DNA of 64,000 bases from an uncultured Clostridium sp. Lineage in GTDB: Bacteria; Bacillota_I; Bacilli_A; RF39; UBA660. The notes under the pieces were generated by a model. It was not told the DNA's origin. It made no database searches and worked only from the letters and a program-made list of their open reading frames with translations. This document shows, in pieces, positions 37,650 through 45,676 of this stretch (its first letter is position 1; the number at the start of each line of letters is the position of its first letter). Made by a program: the position numbers and the translations under genes. The stretch spans positions 21,857 to 85,856 of the forward strand of contig CAMNJQ010000059.1 of the NCBI GenBank assembly GCA_946541575.1, in the 5' to 3' direction.

Positions 37650-38219
37650 TTATTTTATAAAAAATAGAAATGCTATAATCATACAAATTGAGCGAGCAAA
37701 TTTTCTTTTATTTGCATAAATTTCTTCTTTAATAGAAATCACATCATCAACTATATCGACAATCCAACTTTCAAGATATTTTGGAATTCTAATAGGACAT
37801 ACTGGAAACATATGAGAAACTATTATGTTTTTTTCTTTGTCATTTAAATCAAAAAACTTTAAAGAATAATTAAGAGAATATTTAGGATGATTAACTAGTG
37901 TAAATGCTCTCTCTCTTAATGTAATATTTTTGTTATCTACAAGAAAAAAATCATGTAATAATCCTCCACGAGCCACTGACTCATAATCTAATCTTAAAAA
38001 TTTAGCTATTTTATATGAATAATATGACACTCTAACAGAATGATCAAATCTATTTAAACTATGATGAACGATATTTTTAGTTTTCAAAAATTCTTGATTA
38101 TTTAAAATATCATTCGTAATACTATTATACTCAAAATCATTTATAAAAATTTTAATCCTCTCCTTTGATGCAAGAATATTATAACACAAGTCAAAAAAAA
38201 AGAAAGAGGCCTCTTTCAA
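37650..38219 (-). CDS. HD-domain phosphohydrolase (start uncertain, probably near 38150)
   Basis: HHSLNRFDHSVRVS...GGLLHDFF is an HD motif. The track start is a TTG lying inside a terminator hairpin. AAGGAGAGG at 38157-38165 suggests a later non-AUG (ATT/ATA) start. Confidence 0.65.
   Translation of the reverse strand: MKEASFFFFDLCYNILASKERIKIFINDFEYNSITNDILNNQEFLKTKNIVHHSLNRFDHSVRVSYYSYKIAKFLRLDYESVARGGLLHDFFLVDNKNITLRERAFTLVNHPKYSLNYSLKFFDLNDKEKNIIVSHMFPVCPIRIPKYLESWIVDIVDDVISIKEEIYANKRKFARSICMIIAFLFFIK
38193..38217 (-). terminator. intrinsic terminator after cargo gene 5
   Basis: Minus strand GAAAGAGGCCTCTTTC followed by T9. Confidence 0.8.
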
Positions 38220-38362
38220 TCTATATTAAAGCTATATATATGCTCTTAATATAATATATGACAAACAATAAAAAAAAGAACAAATATAGCACTATATAAT
38301 CAAATTAAGCATAAATATTAACTTTCCTCCTCCAAATAGTTTATTAATCATGGACTTTTATA

Positions 38363-39013
38363 TTACTTTATTCTTTTAATATTACTCCAATCTCTTGCAT
38401 CATTTAAAATTTTTTCAGAATCAGCTAATAGTTTTGATGGATATTTAACATACTCTAAGATTTCTTCATTAGAATAATTTTCTAACATATACTTTCCTAT
38501 TGTAAATGCAATATGATAGTTTTGAGATAAAGATATAAAACTATTTATTTCTTCATTTGTTGCATTTATCACTACTTTTGTAAACATTTCTGGATTGCCT
38601 AAATTAGTTGCTAAAGCCTCCCAAAACCATATGATAGTTTTATTTGAGTGTTCCAATTCACTTTCTTGTTGGCAAATATGTACAAATTCATGTAATATTG
38701 TACTTTTTAACTCTTCAAGAGTCATATTAGCATGATAAGCTGTTTTACGAGCTTCTTTTATTGATAATAAATTAATGTTTCCATCATTTGTATCAGCACG
38801 CATATAATCATAATATTTACCAAATTGTTCAATATGCTTTTTATATAATTCTAAATCATCATATATAACTATTTTCCTCTTTTTGATAAGTGAATCTAAT
38901 TTAAAAAAAGACATAATATCATTTGATTTAGATTCTAAATAATTTACTACTTCTGGAATGTAAGAAATACTTTCATCATAATCAACTATAAAATTTTTCT
39001 TTTCTAATAACAT
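38363..39013 (-). CDS. cargo 5: putative MA-clan (gluzincin) metallopeptidase
   Basis: ILHEFVHICQ (HExxH) followed by IWFWEALATNLG, which resembles the W..EGLA third-ligand helix. ATG at 39013 follows GTGAT. Confidence 0.55.
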   Translation of the reverse strand: MLLEKKNFIVDYDESISYIPEVVNYLESKSNDIMSFFKLDSLIKKRKIVIYDDLELYKKHIEQFGKYYDYMRADTNDGNINLLSIKEARKTAYHANMTLEELKSTILHEFVHICQQESELEHSNKTIIWFWEALATNLGNPEMFTKVVINATNEEINSFISLSQNYHIAFTIGKYMLENYSNEEILEYVKYPSKLLADSEKILNDARDWSNIKRIK

Positions 39014-39059
39014 TAAAATCACTTCCTACAAAAACTATATCTCTAACAATTATTCTATA

Positions 39060-39140
39060 ATCATTTTTTTCAAATAGTTTAAAATTATTTGCTAAATAAA
39101 TTGTATCACCAATATGGTCAAAGTCTCTACTTTGTAACAT
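39060..39140 (-). pseudogene. decayed relic of a comEC 3' cassette (copy E)
   Basis: Complement translates MLQSRDFDHIGDTIYLANNFKLFEK, compared with comEC THGDYDHVGEAINLVNNFKVEK. A degenerate version of the cassette terminator hairpin lies next to it (39141-39163). Confidence 0.4.
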
Positions 39141-39163
39141 AGAATTACAATTTGATAGTTTCT

Positions 39164-39640
39164 TTAATACTTTTTAATTAGTTTCTTTATTTTTGGCTTA
39201 AGATCATATATTTCTTCTTGCATTACTTCTCCAGATTCACTAATTGATAATTCTGGAATTACAATACCAGTTTCAAGTTCAATCCAATCAGCAAGCAACC
39301 TTCTATGACAAAAGTGCTCTTTGCTTATTTCCAATCCAGGTAACTCATGACAAAGTAATATTATTTCTTCTCCAAATTTTTGCTTTAAAGTATTCATTAA
39401 TTCAAATGGATTTAAATCTTTTAATCTTAAATTATAAAATTCATATATATACCAATTGATTAATTCATCTTCTAATAAATTATCTGGATTTTGTTCATAA
39501 TACTGCCATAAATATAATCTTGGAGACATTTTCTTATATGCACTACCATAAAATCCCCAGGCATTACCACCATCTCCAGTAATTGAAACTAAATTTCCAT
39601 TTTTTGCATTAGCATAACAGCTTGTTCCTTTTATAATCAT
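39164..39640 (-). CDS. cargo 4: DUF488-like protein
   Basis: IILLCHELPG...FCHRRLLADWIELETGIVIPEL matches the DUF488 C-terminal pattern LLC.E...CHR.l.A.W. The N-terminal half is atypical, so this is tentative. Confidence 0.45.
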   Translation of the reverse strand: MIIKGTSCYANAKNGNLVSITGDGGNAWGFYGSAYKKMSPRLYLWQYYEQNPDNLLEDELINWYIYEFYNLRLKDLNPFELMNTLKQKFGEEIILLCHELPGLEISKEHFCHRRLLADWIELETGIVIPELSISESGEVMQEEIYDLKPKIKKLIKKY

Positions 39641-39762
39641 CAAAATCACTCACAAATTAATAAATATTATATCATAAACTTATTCTTTTAATTTAAAACT
39701 TTAATTAATTTCCTTTCTAAATAATTATATTTTTTATTCTATTCAATTCATCATCTCCCATT

Positions 39763-40353
39763 CTATAGACTACAAGTATCTATTTTTAATTTATTATTTT
39801 TAATCTTAAACAAAATACTTCCATCTTTATCTGTTCTATATACTTTAGAATCTTTTATGTTTTCTAATACTTCTTTATTTGGATGACCATACTTATTATT
39901 TTTACCAACACTAATAACTGAATAATCTGGATTAATATTATCTATAAACTCAATACTCAAACTTGTCTTACTTCCATGATGTCCTACTTTTAAAATATCT
40001 ACATCATGTAAAGTATATTGTTTTAATATTTCTTTTTCAGTAGTCATAGATGCATCTCCCATAAACATAAATCTATAACCACCAAGTTTTGTATATATAA
40101 CATTACTATTATCGTTCTCATTATCATATTCTTTTGTTTAAAGAAAATATAATTTATTTTTATCTATATTTAGTTCTTTAACACATGAATAATACTTTAT
40201 ATTTTTCTTATTTAATACTTTAATTAACTCTTTTTCTAAATCATTAAATTCTCCACAATTAAAGATAACTTTTTCTACCTTAAAATTATTAACTAAGTTA
40301 ATAGCTTCTCCCATGTTGGCATAATCTCCATGTGGTGACATACGTTTATGCAT
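39763..40353 (-). pseudogene. orphan comEC 3' cassette, copy C, with an in-frame nonsense codon
   Basis: Single frame reads SPHGDYANMGEAINLVNNFKVEKVIFNCGEFNDLEKEL...KLYFL*TKEYDNENDNSNVIYTKLGGYRFMFMGDAS...KIDTCSL. TAA at 40138-40140 replaces the Gln codon of comEC. Confidence 0.85.
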
Positions 40354-40368
40354 ACGAATTTAGAAATT

Positions 40369-40397
40369 AAAAAAAGAACTATCAAATAGATAATTCT
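40369..40397 (-). terminator. terminator of cargo 3 / cassette junction hairpin
   Basis: Minus strand AGAATTATC-n5-GATAGTTCT plus T7. The same hairpin sequence recurs at 42916-42943. Confidence 0.75.
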
Positions 40398-41274
40398 AAC
40401 GCTTATTTCTTGTAATCATATCACTATCCGTAGGAACTTTAGAGATAAAGCTAAATAAAGTATTTGGCAAATCACTTATAGGTATTTCAATAATACCTGT
40501 AGCTCCAACACTATCTTGATTAACTTTATTAATTCCTGGTAAATTGTTTACCATATCAACATTACATATTTTTGGAATAAAGTATTCAATCCTAGCTATT
40601 TGTAAATTTAAAGTTATTTCTATCGTTAGGGCATGCCCTCTATCTCTAACCATCATCAATAACTTTCTTTCATTAATAGCAACCATATCAGTCCATCCAA
40701 CATCTAAATCATTGGGAAATAGCGCTAATAATTGTTCAAATGCAGATACTTTAACCCCTCTTAACGATATTGGATATTTATAATCATTTTCCTTTTTATC
40801 AATCAATGGAATAGATTGCAAAATTTGTTCATTATTTAAAATAAATGAATGCATAAAATGTAATATTTCATTAATTGTCTTTGCATTTTTTGCAGAAGAA
40901 ACACTGCCAAAGGTATATCCAACACATTCTTTCTTTACAGCATTAATAAAATCTAATTCCATATTACTGACAAAATTTTTATAGAACAAACGTAATTTAT
41001 CAATATCATAACCACATGAATAAAAATTATTTTTAATAATATTTTCCATCTCAGTTATTTTGCTCATGATTTGTGATTCAAATCCAAAAATATCTGCAGT
41101 TATACATTTTAATTCACTAAATATATATATTAAGGAATCATTAACACTATTCGAATATTTTTCGACATCAGCATATAAATTATCACTTGGGGGAGCTATA
41201 TCAAGCATTTCTTTTTTTATTTTAAAATCAACTTCGAAAAAATGCTGTAGCTTTAACAATTTTACATCTACCAT
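40396..41274 (-). CDS. cargo 3: hypothetical 292-aa protein
   Basis: ATG at 41274 follows AAAGGTGTGAT. The earlier track ATG lies inside the -10 box. No motif recognised. Confidence 0.55.
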   Translation of the reverse strand: MVDVKLLKLQHFFEVDFKIKKEMLDIAPPSDNLYADVEKYSNSVNDSLIYIFSELKCITADIFGFESQIMSKITEMENIIKNNFYSCGYDIDKLRLFYKNFVSNMELDFINAVKKECVGYTFGSVSSAKNAKTINEILHFMHSFILNNEQILQSIPLIDKKENDYKYPISLRGVKVSAFEQLLALFPNDLDVGWTDMVAINERKLLMMVRDRGHALTIEITLNLQIARIEYFIPKICNVDMVNNLPGINKVNQDSVGATGIIEIPISDLPNTLFSFISKVPTDSDMITRNKR

Positions 41275-41340
41275 ATTATTATCACACCTTTTGTTCATTA
41301 TATCATATTTTTTATTCTATTCAATTCATCATCTCCCATT

Positions 41341-41883
41341 CTATGAACTACAAGTCTCTATTTTCAATTTATTATTTTTGATTTTAAACATAATACTTCC
41401 ATCTTTATCTGTTCTGTATATTTTTGAATCATTTAAATTGTCTAATACTTCTTTATTTGGATGACCATAACGATTATTTTTGCCTACACTAATAATGGAA
41501 TACTTAGCATCTATAAACTCTTTACTACTGCTTGTCTTTGAACCATGATGCCCTACTTTTAAGACATCTATATCTGATAAATTATATTTATCTAATATTT
41601 CTTTTTCAGTAGCAGTGCTTGCATCTCCCATAAACATAAATTTATAGTTATTTATTTCTGTATAAATAACATTTGAATTATCATTTTCATTATCATATTC
41701 TTTTGTTTGTAAAAAATATAATTTATTTTTATCTATATTTAATTCTTTAATACACGAATAATACTTTATTTTCTTTTTATCTAATACATTTATTAGTTCT
41801 TTTTCTAAATCGTTATATTCTCCACAATTAAATATAACTTTATCTGCCTTAAAACTATTAACTAAATTAATAGCTTCTCCCAT
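41341..41883 (-). pseudogene. orphan comEC 3' cassette, copy B (reading frame intact, lacks the comEC 5' part)
   Basis: MGEAINLVNSFKADKVIFNCGEYNDLEKEL...VGHHGSKTSSSKEFID...NNRYGHPNKEVL...KIETCSS is identical to the comEC C-terminus at most positions by eye. Homology continues upstream through HGDYDH to 41901. A TAA at 41908-41910 closes the frame. Confidence 0.85.
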
Positions 41884-41958
41884 ATGATCATAATCCCCAT
41901 GTGGTGATTATCTGTTATGCACACTAATTTAAGACAAAAGAAAAGAACTACAAAGGTC

Positions 41959-42702
41959 CTAATTTTTAATAAAATTCAATGTAACTTTCAATGCTTCTTT
42001 CATGTGCTCATCATTATGAAACCCATGATCTGCGCCATCAATTAAATATAATTTAGCATTTTTACATTTCTTGCTAGTATTAACAGAAGATTTGTATGAT
42101 ACATACGGATCAGACGTACCATGCACAAACAATAATGGAATATCTATTTTTTGCAATCTCTTGTAAGTAGTGTATTTTCGTTCATCTTTAAAATATTCAT
42201 AACTTAATTTCCAGCCATTCTCAATTGGATAATAACCTTGTTTTTTTGCAATTTTTTCTTTCTTGCTTGGAATATTAAATAATCCTCTTCCATAATCTAT
42301 TGCTGGATACCATAATATGATTTTTTTGATATCATATTTATTTAAATCAACATTAGAAACAATTCTTCCCCCCATAGAACAACCTATCAAAATAAAATTT
42401 TTATAATTATATTTTTTATTTAACATATCTAATGTATCATGAAGATTCCTTACCATATTGGACACAGTATATTCATTATAACTTCCATCTGATTCACCAC
42501 ACCCAACAAAATCAAATCTAAAATTATTAATACTATTTTTAGTCAGTTCCTCAGATATTTTAGTAGTAGGTCTAGAATCTTTGCTACTGGTTCTTGCATG
42601 ACATATAACTACTATCTCATAATTTTCGTTTGTTTTATTAATAACACCACATAGTTTTAAATTATTGTATGTTGGATAAAATATTTTTTCTTCATTTATC
42701 AT
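41959..42702 (-). CDS. cargo 2: alpha/beta hydrolase
   Basis: GCSMGG nucleophile elbow, HGTSDPYV (Asp), GADHGF (His). ATG at 42702 follows GGATGTGAT. Confidence 0.75.
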   Translation of the reverse strand: MINEEKIFYPTYNNLKLCGVINKTNENYEIVVICHARTSSKDSRPTTKISEELTKNSINNFRFDFVGCGESDGSYNEYTVSNMVRNLHDTLDMLNKKYNYKNFILIGCSMGGRIVSNVDLNKYDIKKIILWYPAIDYGRGLFNIPSKKEKIAKKQGYYPIENGWKLSYEYFKDERKYTTYKRLQKIDIPLLFVHGTSDPYVSYKSSVNTSKKCKNAKLYLIDGADHGFHNDEHMKEALKVTLNFIKN

Positions 42703-42744
42703 ACTTATCACATCCTGTAATTATTATATCATAATTCTTCGTGA

Positions 42745-42910
42745 TTACGGACCGCAAGCCTCAATTATTAATTTATTACTTTTTATTTTAAACATAATAC
42801 TTCCATCTATATCTGTTCTATATATTTTTGAAGTTTCTAAATTATTTAACGCTTCTTTATTAGAATGTCCATATCTATTATTTTGGCCAACTGCTATTGA
42901 GTAGTTAGTA
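42745..42910 (-). pseudogene. orphan comEC 3' cassette, copy D (5'-truncated, last ~55 codons)
   Basis: Not in ORF track. Complement translates NYSIAVGQNNRYGHSNKEALNNLETSKIYRTDIDGSIMFKIKSNKLIIEACGP*, compared with comEC RYSVISVGKNNRYGHPNKEALDNLRESKIYRTDEDGSIMFKIKNNELKIRTCSP*. Confidence 0.8.
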
Positions 42911-42915
42911 CATAT

Positions 42916-42943
42916 AAAAAAAGAACTATCATATGATAATTCT
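42916..42943 (-). terminator. terminator of cargo 1 / cassette junction hairpin
   Basis: Minus strand AGAATTATC-ATATG-GATAGTTCT plus a T-run. Confidence 0.75.
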
Positions 42944-43608
42944 TATACAATACTATTATTATTTAAATACTTTGTAATATATTCTATGCATTCATTAAAT
43001 ATCTTATCCAATTCTTTCTTATCAGTTATTTTATAATTATAAAGACATATTTTTGAAAAGAAATTAACCTTACCTAAATCTTTATTAGAAGATATTATAT
43101 AATTATTCAGTTTTTCTTTATTAAATGTTGCTTCATCAATATCAATTACATTGTTTACACACTTTAAATTTTTAAATTTGTAAATGTATCCATGATTAAT
43201 TAACCATTTATCATAAATATTCATTTCCCTATGCTTTAAATCTTTTCGCGCTTTTCCATCTAGAAGTTTTTTCCTACCTTTTAAATACATGCCTATACCA
43301 TTATCATTTTTATCATAGATATAAAAATGTTTAAAAAAATATTCATTATAAAATCTATCTGTTAATATATGTATAAGATACCCAAGCATTATTGGATTAT
43401 CAAGCCTATTCTTATATTTTTGTATAAATTTATCTGGATTGGCTAGACCTTCTAAATCTTTTTCACCAGATTGAAAATGAGCAACTGAATGATCTCTTCC
43501 CTCACAAATATCTGGAAGAACACTTCCTAACATTATTGAATCTAAATCCATTTTAATTTTATCATTAACTTTCTTAGCAATTGCTAAATGAATTTTATGA
43601 GTTGGCAT
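42943..43608 (-). CDS. cargo 1: hypothetical, possibly zinc-dependent phospholipase C / P1-nuclease-like fold
   Basis: MPTHKIHLAIAKKV...GSVLPDI...HSVAHF...GYLIHILTDRF gives a His/Asp pattern reminiscent of that family. Tentative. Confidence 0.4.
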   Translation of the reverse strand: MPTHKIHLAIAKKVNDKIKMDLDSIMLGSVLPDICEGRDHSVAHFQSGEKDLEGLANPDKFIQKYKNRLDNPIMLGYLIHILTDRFYNEYFFKHFYIYDKNDNGIGMYLKGRKKLLDGKARKDLKHREMNIYDKWLINHGYIYKFKNLKCVNNVIDIDEATFNKEKLNNYIISSNKDLGKVNFFSKICLYNYKITDKKELDKIFNECIEYITKYLNNNSIV

Positions 43609-43648
43609 ATAAACACATCCTATAATTATTATATCATATTACTCCTTT

Positions 43649-45676
43649 CTATGGACTACATGTTCTTATCTTTAATTCATTATTTTTAATTTTAAACATA
43701 ATACTGCCATCCTCGTCTGTTCTATATATTTTTGATTCTCTTAAATTATCTAATGCCTCTTTATTTGGATGTCCATATCTATTATTCTTTCCAACTGATA
43801 TAACACTATATCTTGGATTTATTTCATCAATAAATTCTTTACTACTACTTGTTCTTGATCCATGATGTCCTACTTTTAAAATATCTACATCATGTAAAGT
43901 ATATTGTTTTAATATTTCTTTTTCAGTAATACTTGATGCATCTCCCATAAACATAAATCTATAACCACCAAGCTCAGTATAAATAACATTAGAATTATCA
44001 TTTTCATTATCATAAACTTTCGTTTGTAAGAAATATAATTTGTTTTCATTTATATTTAATTCTTTAATACATGAATAATATTTAATTTTCTTTTTATCTA
44101 ACACTTTTATTAATTCTTTTTCTAAATCATTAAATTCGCCACAATTAAAGATAACTTTCTCTACTTTAAAATTATTAACTAAGTTAATAGCTTCTCCCAC
44201 ATGATCGTAATCCCCATGTGTAATAATTAAATAATCGAGGTTTCTAATACCAAATGACTTAAATAATGGAATAGAATTATTATAAAGAATATCACGATTA
44301 CTTATACCGCCAGTATCAATGAGAATATTTGTTCTTCTATTATGAATTAAAATTGAATCACCCTGTCCAACATCTAATATCAATACATAATTACTTAGAA
44401 AAATATCGTTATAATTATAATGAATGCATAAAATAATTAAAAAAAATACTAATAATTTTTTATTGTAAAAAATGAAAGAATAGATTATCAAATAATATAT
44501 TACAACAACAGCAATTGATGGCTTTATAAAAATTAAAGAAGAATTAATACTTCCAAACCATAATGATAAACATTCTAAAATCTTTATAAAAATTATAAAG
44601 AATTCATCAAATAATGGAAACGCTAAAGTAATAATAGAAAAAGGAAAGACTATAAAAGAAACATAAGGAACTAAAATAGAATTAAAAAGAAATGATAAGA
44701 CATTTAACTCACTATAACTATAAATATTAAGTGGAATTGAAAAAATAAAAGATAAAAAAGATATATAAATTATTTTAACAAACATATTTTTTATTTCATT
44801 TAATTTCTTACTAGATAAAGTTAATATAGAACTTATAATAAAAGAATAATAAAAGCCAATATTATATATAGAATTTGGAACTATTATAATCACAATTAAA
44901 ATACTTATTAATAAATGCCTCTTTTTATCAAAATTCAAACCTAGAATTGCATTAATTTCTTTTAAAAGAAGTTGTACCACACATCTTAATATAGATATAC
45001 TTCCAATAAATTGATAATACAAAAAAAGAATAATAGCAAATAAAAAAGTTTTCTTAATATTATTTCGCTTATACACTAAACTTAATAAACCAACTAAAAA
45101 AGAAAGATGAGTACCTGAAATTGAAAACAAATGAATTATTCCAATTTTCTTATATATTGAAATATTATCATCATTTATTTCACTCTTATCACCTAAAATA
45201 AATGCTTTTAAATAACTATAACTTTTTAATTTATTTATTTTACTATCAACATCTCTCTTTATTTTAAGAAAAAGATTTTTACTTTCTCCAACTTTTTCAT
45301 AATTATAAATTTTTAAATTAAAAAATACATTATTCCTATTTTGATATTCCTTATAATTAAATAAATTAAAATTTCTATTATTTTCTAATTCAAATAGCAT
45401 TCCTTTTATTTTTAATTTATCTCCTATTTTTAATGAATTGTTTTCTAAATAAGAAACTAATTTTTCTCCACAATCTAACTCTAGACTATTATTATTTTTA
45501 ATATTTGTAACTACACAAGAAAAAGAAGTTTTATCAATATTAAAGATTGTGTAATTATGTACCTTATAATCTGTAAATCTAAATATAGCAAAAAATATTA
45601 AGACATAAATAATTAATTTAGACTTTAATACTATTTTTAATTTTTTCAAATAATGCGTCTCCAATTCCAGAAACAT
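43649..45676 (-). CDS. comEC: DNA internalization competence protein ComEC/Rec2 (full length)
   Basis: Multi-TM competence domain. C-terminal MBL domain with VGQGDSILI, THGDYDHVGE (HGDYDH at 44201-44218), FMGDAS, VGHHGSRTSSS and NRYGHPN. Located downstream of comEA. The track start overlaps comEA by 59 nt, so the true start may be internal. Confidence 0.9.
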   Translation of the reverse strand: MFLELETHYLKKLKIVLKSKLIIYVLIFFAIFRFTDYKVHNYTIFNIDKTSFSCVVTNIKNNNSLELDCGEKLVSYLENNSLKIGDKLKIKGMLFELENNRNFNLFNYKEYQNRNNVFFNLKIYNYEKVGESKNLFLKIKRDVDSKINKLKSYSYLKAFILGDKSEINDDNISIYKKIGIIHLFSISGTHLSFLVGLLSLVYKRNNIKKTFLFAIILFLYYQFIGSISILRCVVQLLLKEINAILGLNFDKKRHLLISILIVIIIVPNSIYNIGFYYSFIISSILTLSSKKLNEIKNMFVKIIYISFLSFIFSIPLNIYSYSELNVLSFLFNSILVPYVSFIVFPFSIITLAFPLFDEFFIIFIKILECLSLWFGSINSSLIFIKPSIAVVVIYYLIIYSFIFYNKKLLVFFLIILCIHYNYNDIFLSNYVLILDVGQGDSILIHNRRTNILIDTGGISNRDILYNNSIPLFKSFGIRNLDYLIITHGDYDHVGEAINLVNNFKVEKVIFNCGEFNDLEKELIKVLDKKKIKYYSCIKELNINENKLYFLQTKVYDNENDNSNVIYTELGGYRFMFMGDASSITEKEILKQYTLHDVDILKVGHHGSRTSSSKEFIDEINPRYSVISVGKNNRYGHPNKEALDNLRESKIYRTDEDGSIMFKIKNNELKIRTCSP

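Noticed and set aside
38220-38362. Six-codon mini-ORF (MLNLII) behind a strong GGAGGAGG in the spacer downstream of cargo 5.
   Set aside because: It is too short and has no conserved context. The spacing to the ATG is long (13 nt). There is no evidence that it is a leader peptide.
39672-43640. ATGATATAAT downstream of each comEC copy as a cassette-specific recombination (att) core.
   Set aside because: The same TGATATAAT box occurs upstream of tRNA-Arg (37523-37532) and upstream of rplS (~10820-10830). It is most simply the organism's extended -10 promoter consensus, not an att site.
39763-44218. Diversity-generating retroelement (template/variable repeat) as an explanation for the repeated comEC 3' ends.
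   Set aside because: No reverse transcriptase is present anywhere in the window. The repeats are ~570 nt, much longer than typical TR/VR pairs. By eye the substitutions between copies are of all types rather than confined to adenine positions.
37542-45676. Prophage, ICE, IS element or integron as the source of the comEC array.
   Set aside because: No integrase, transposase, relaxase, capsid or terminase-like ORF was found, and no inverted terminal repeats. The junction hairpins look like ordinary terminators (stem plus T-run), not attC sites with R/L boxes. A remote or trans-acting recombinase cannot be excluded from this window alone.
45618-45676. The 59-nt comEA/comEC overlap as a programmed frameshift or fusion.
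   Set aside because: It is more simply explained by the ORF caller choosing the most upstream ATG. comEC probably initiates internally at a non-ATG codon after the comEA stop. I see no slippery sequence.
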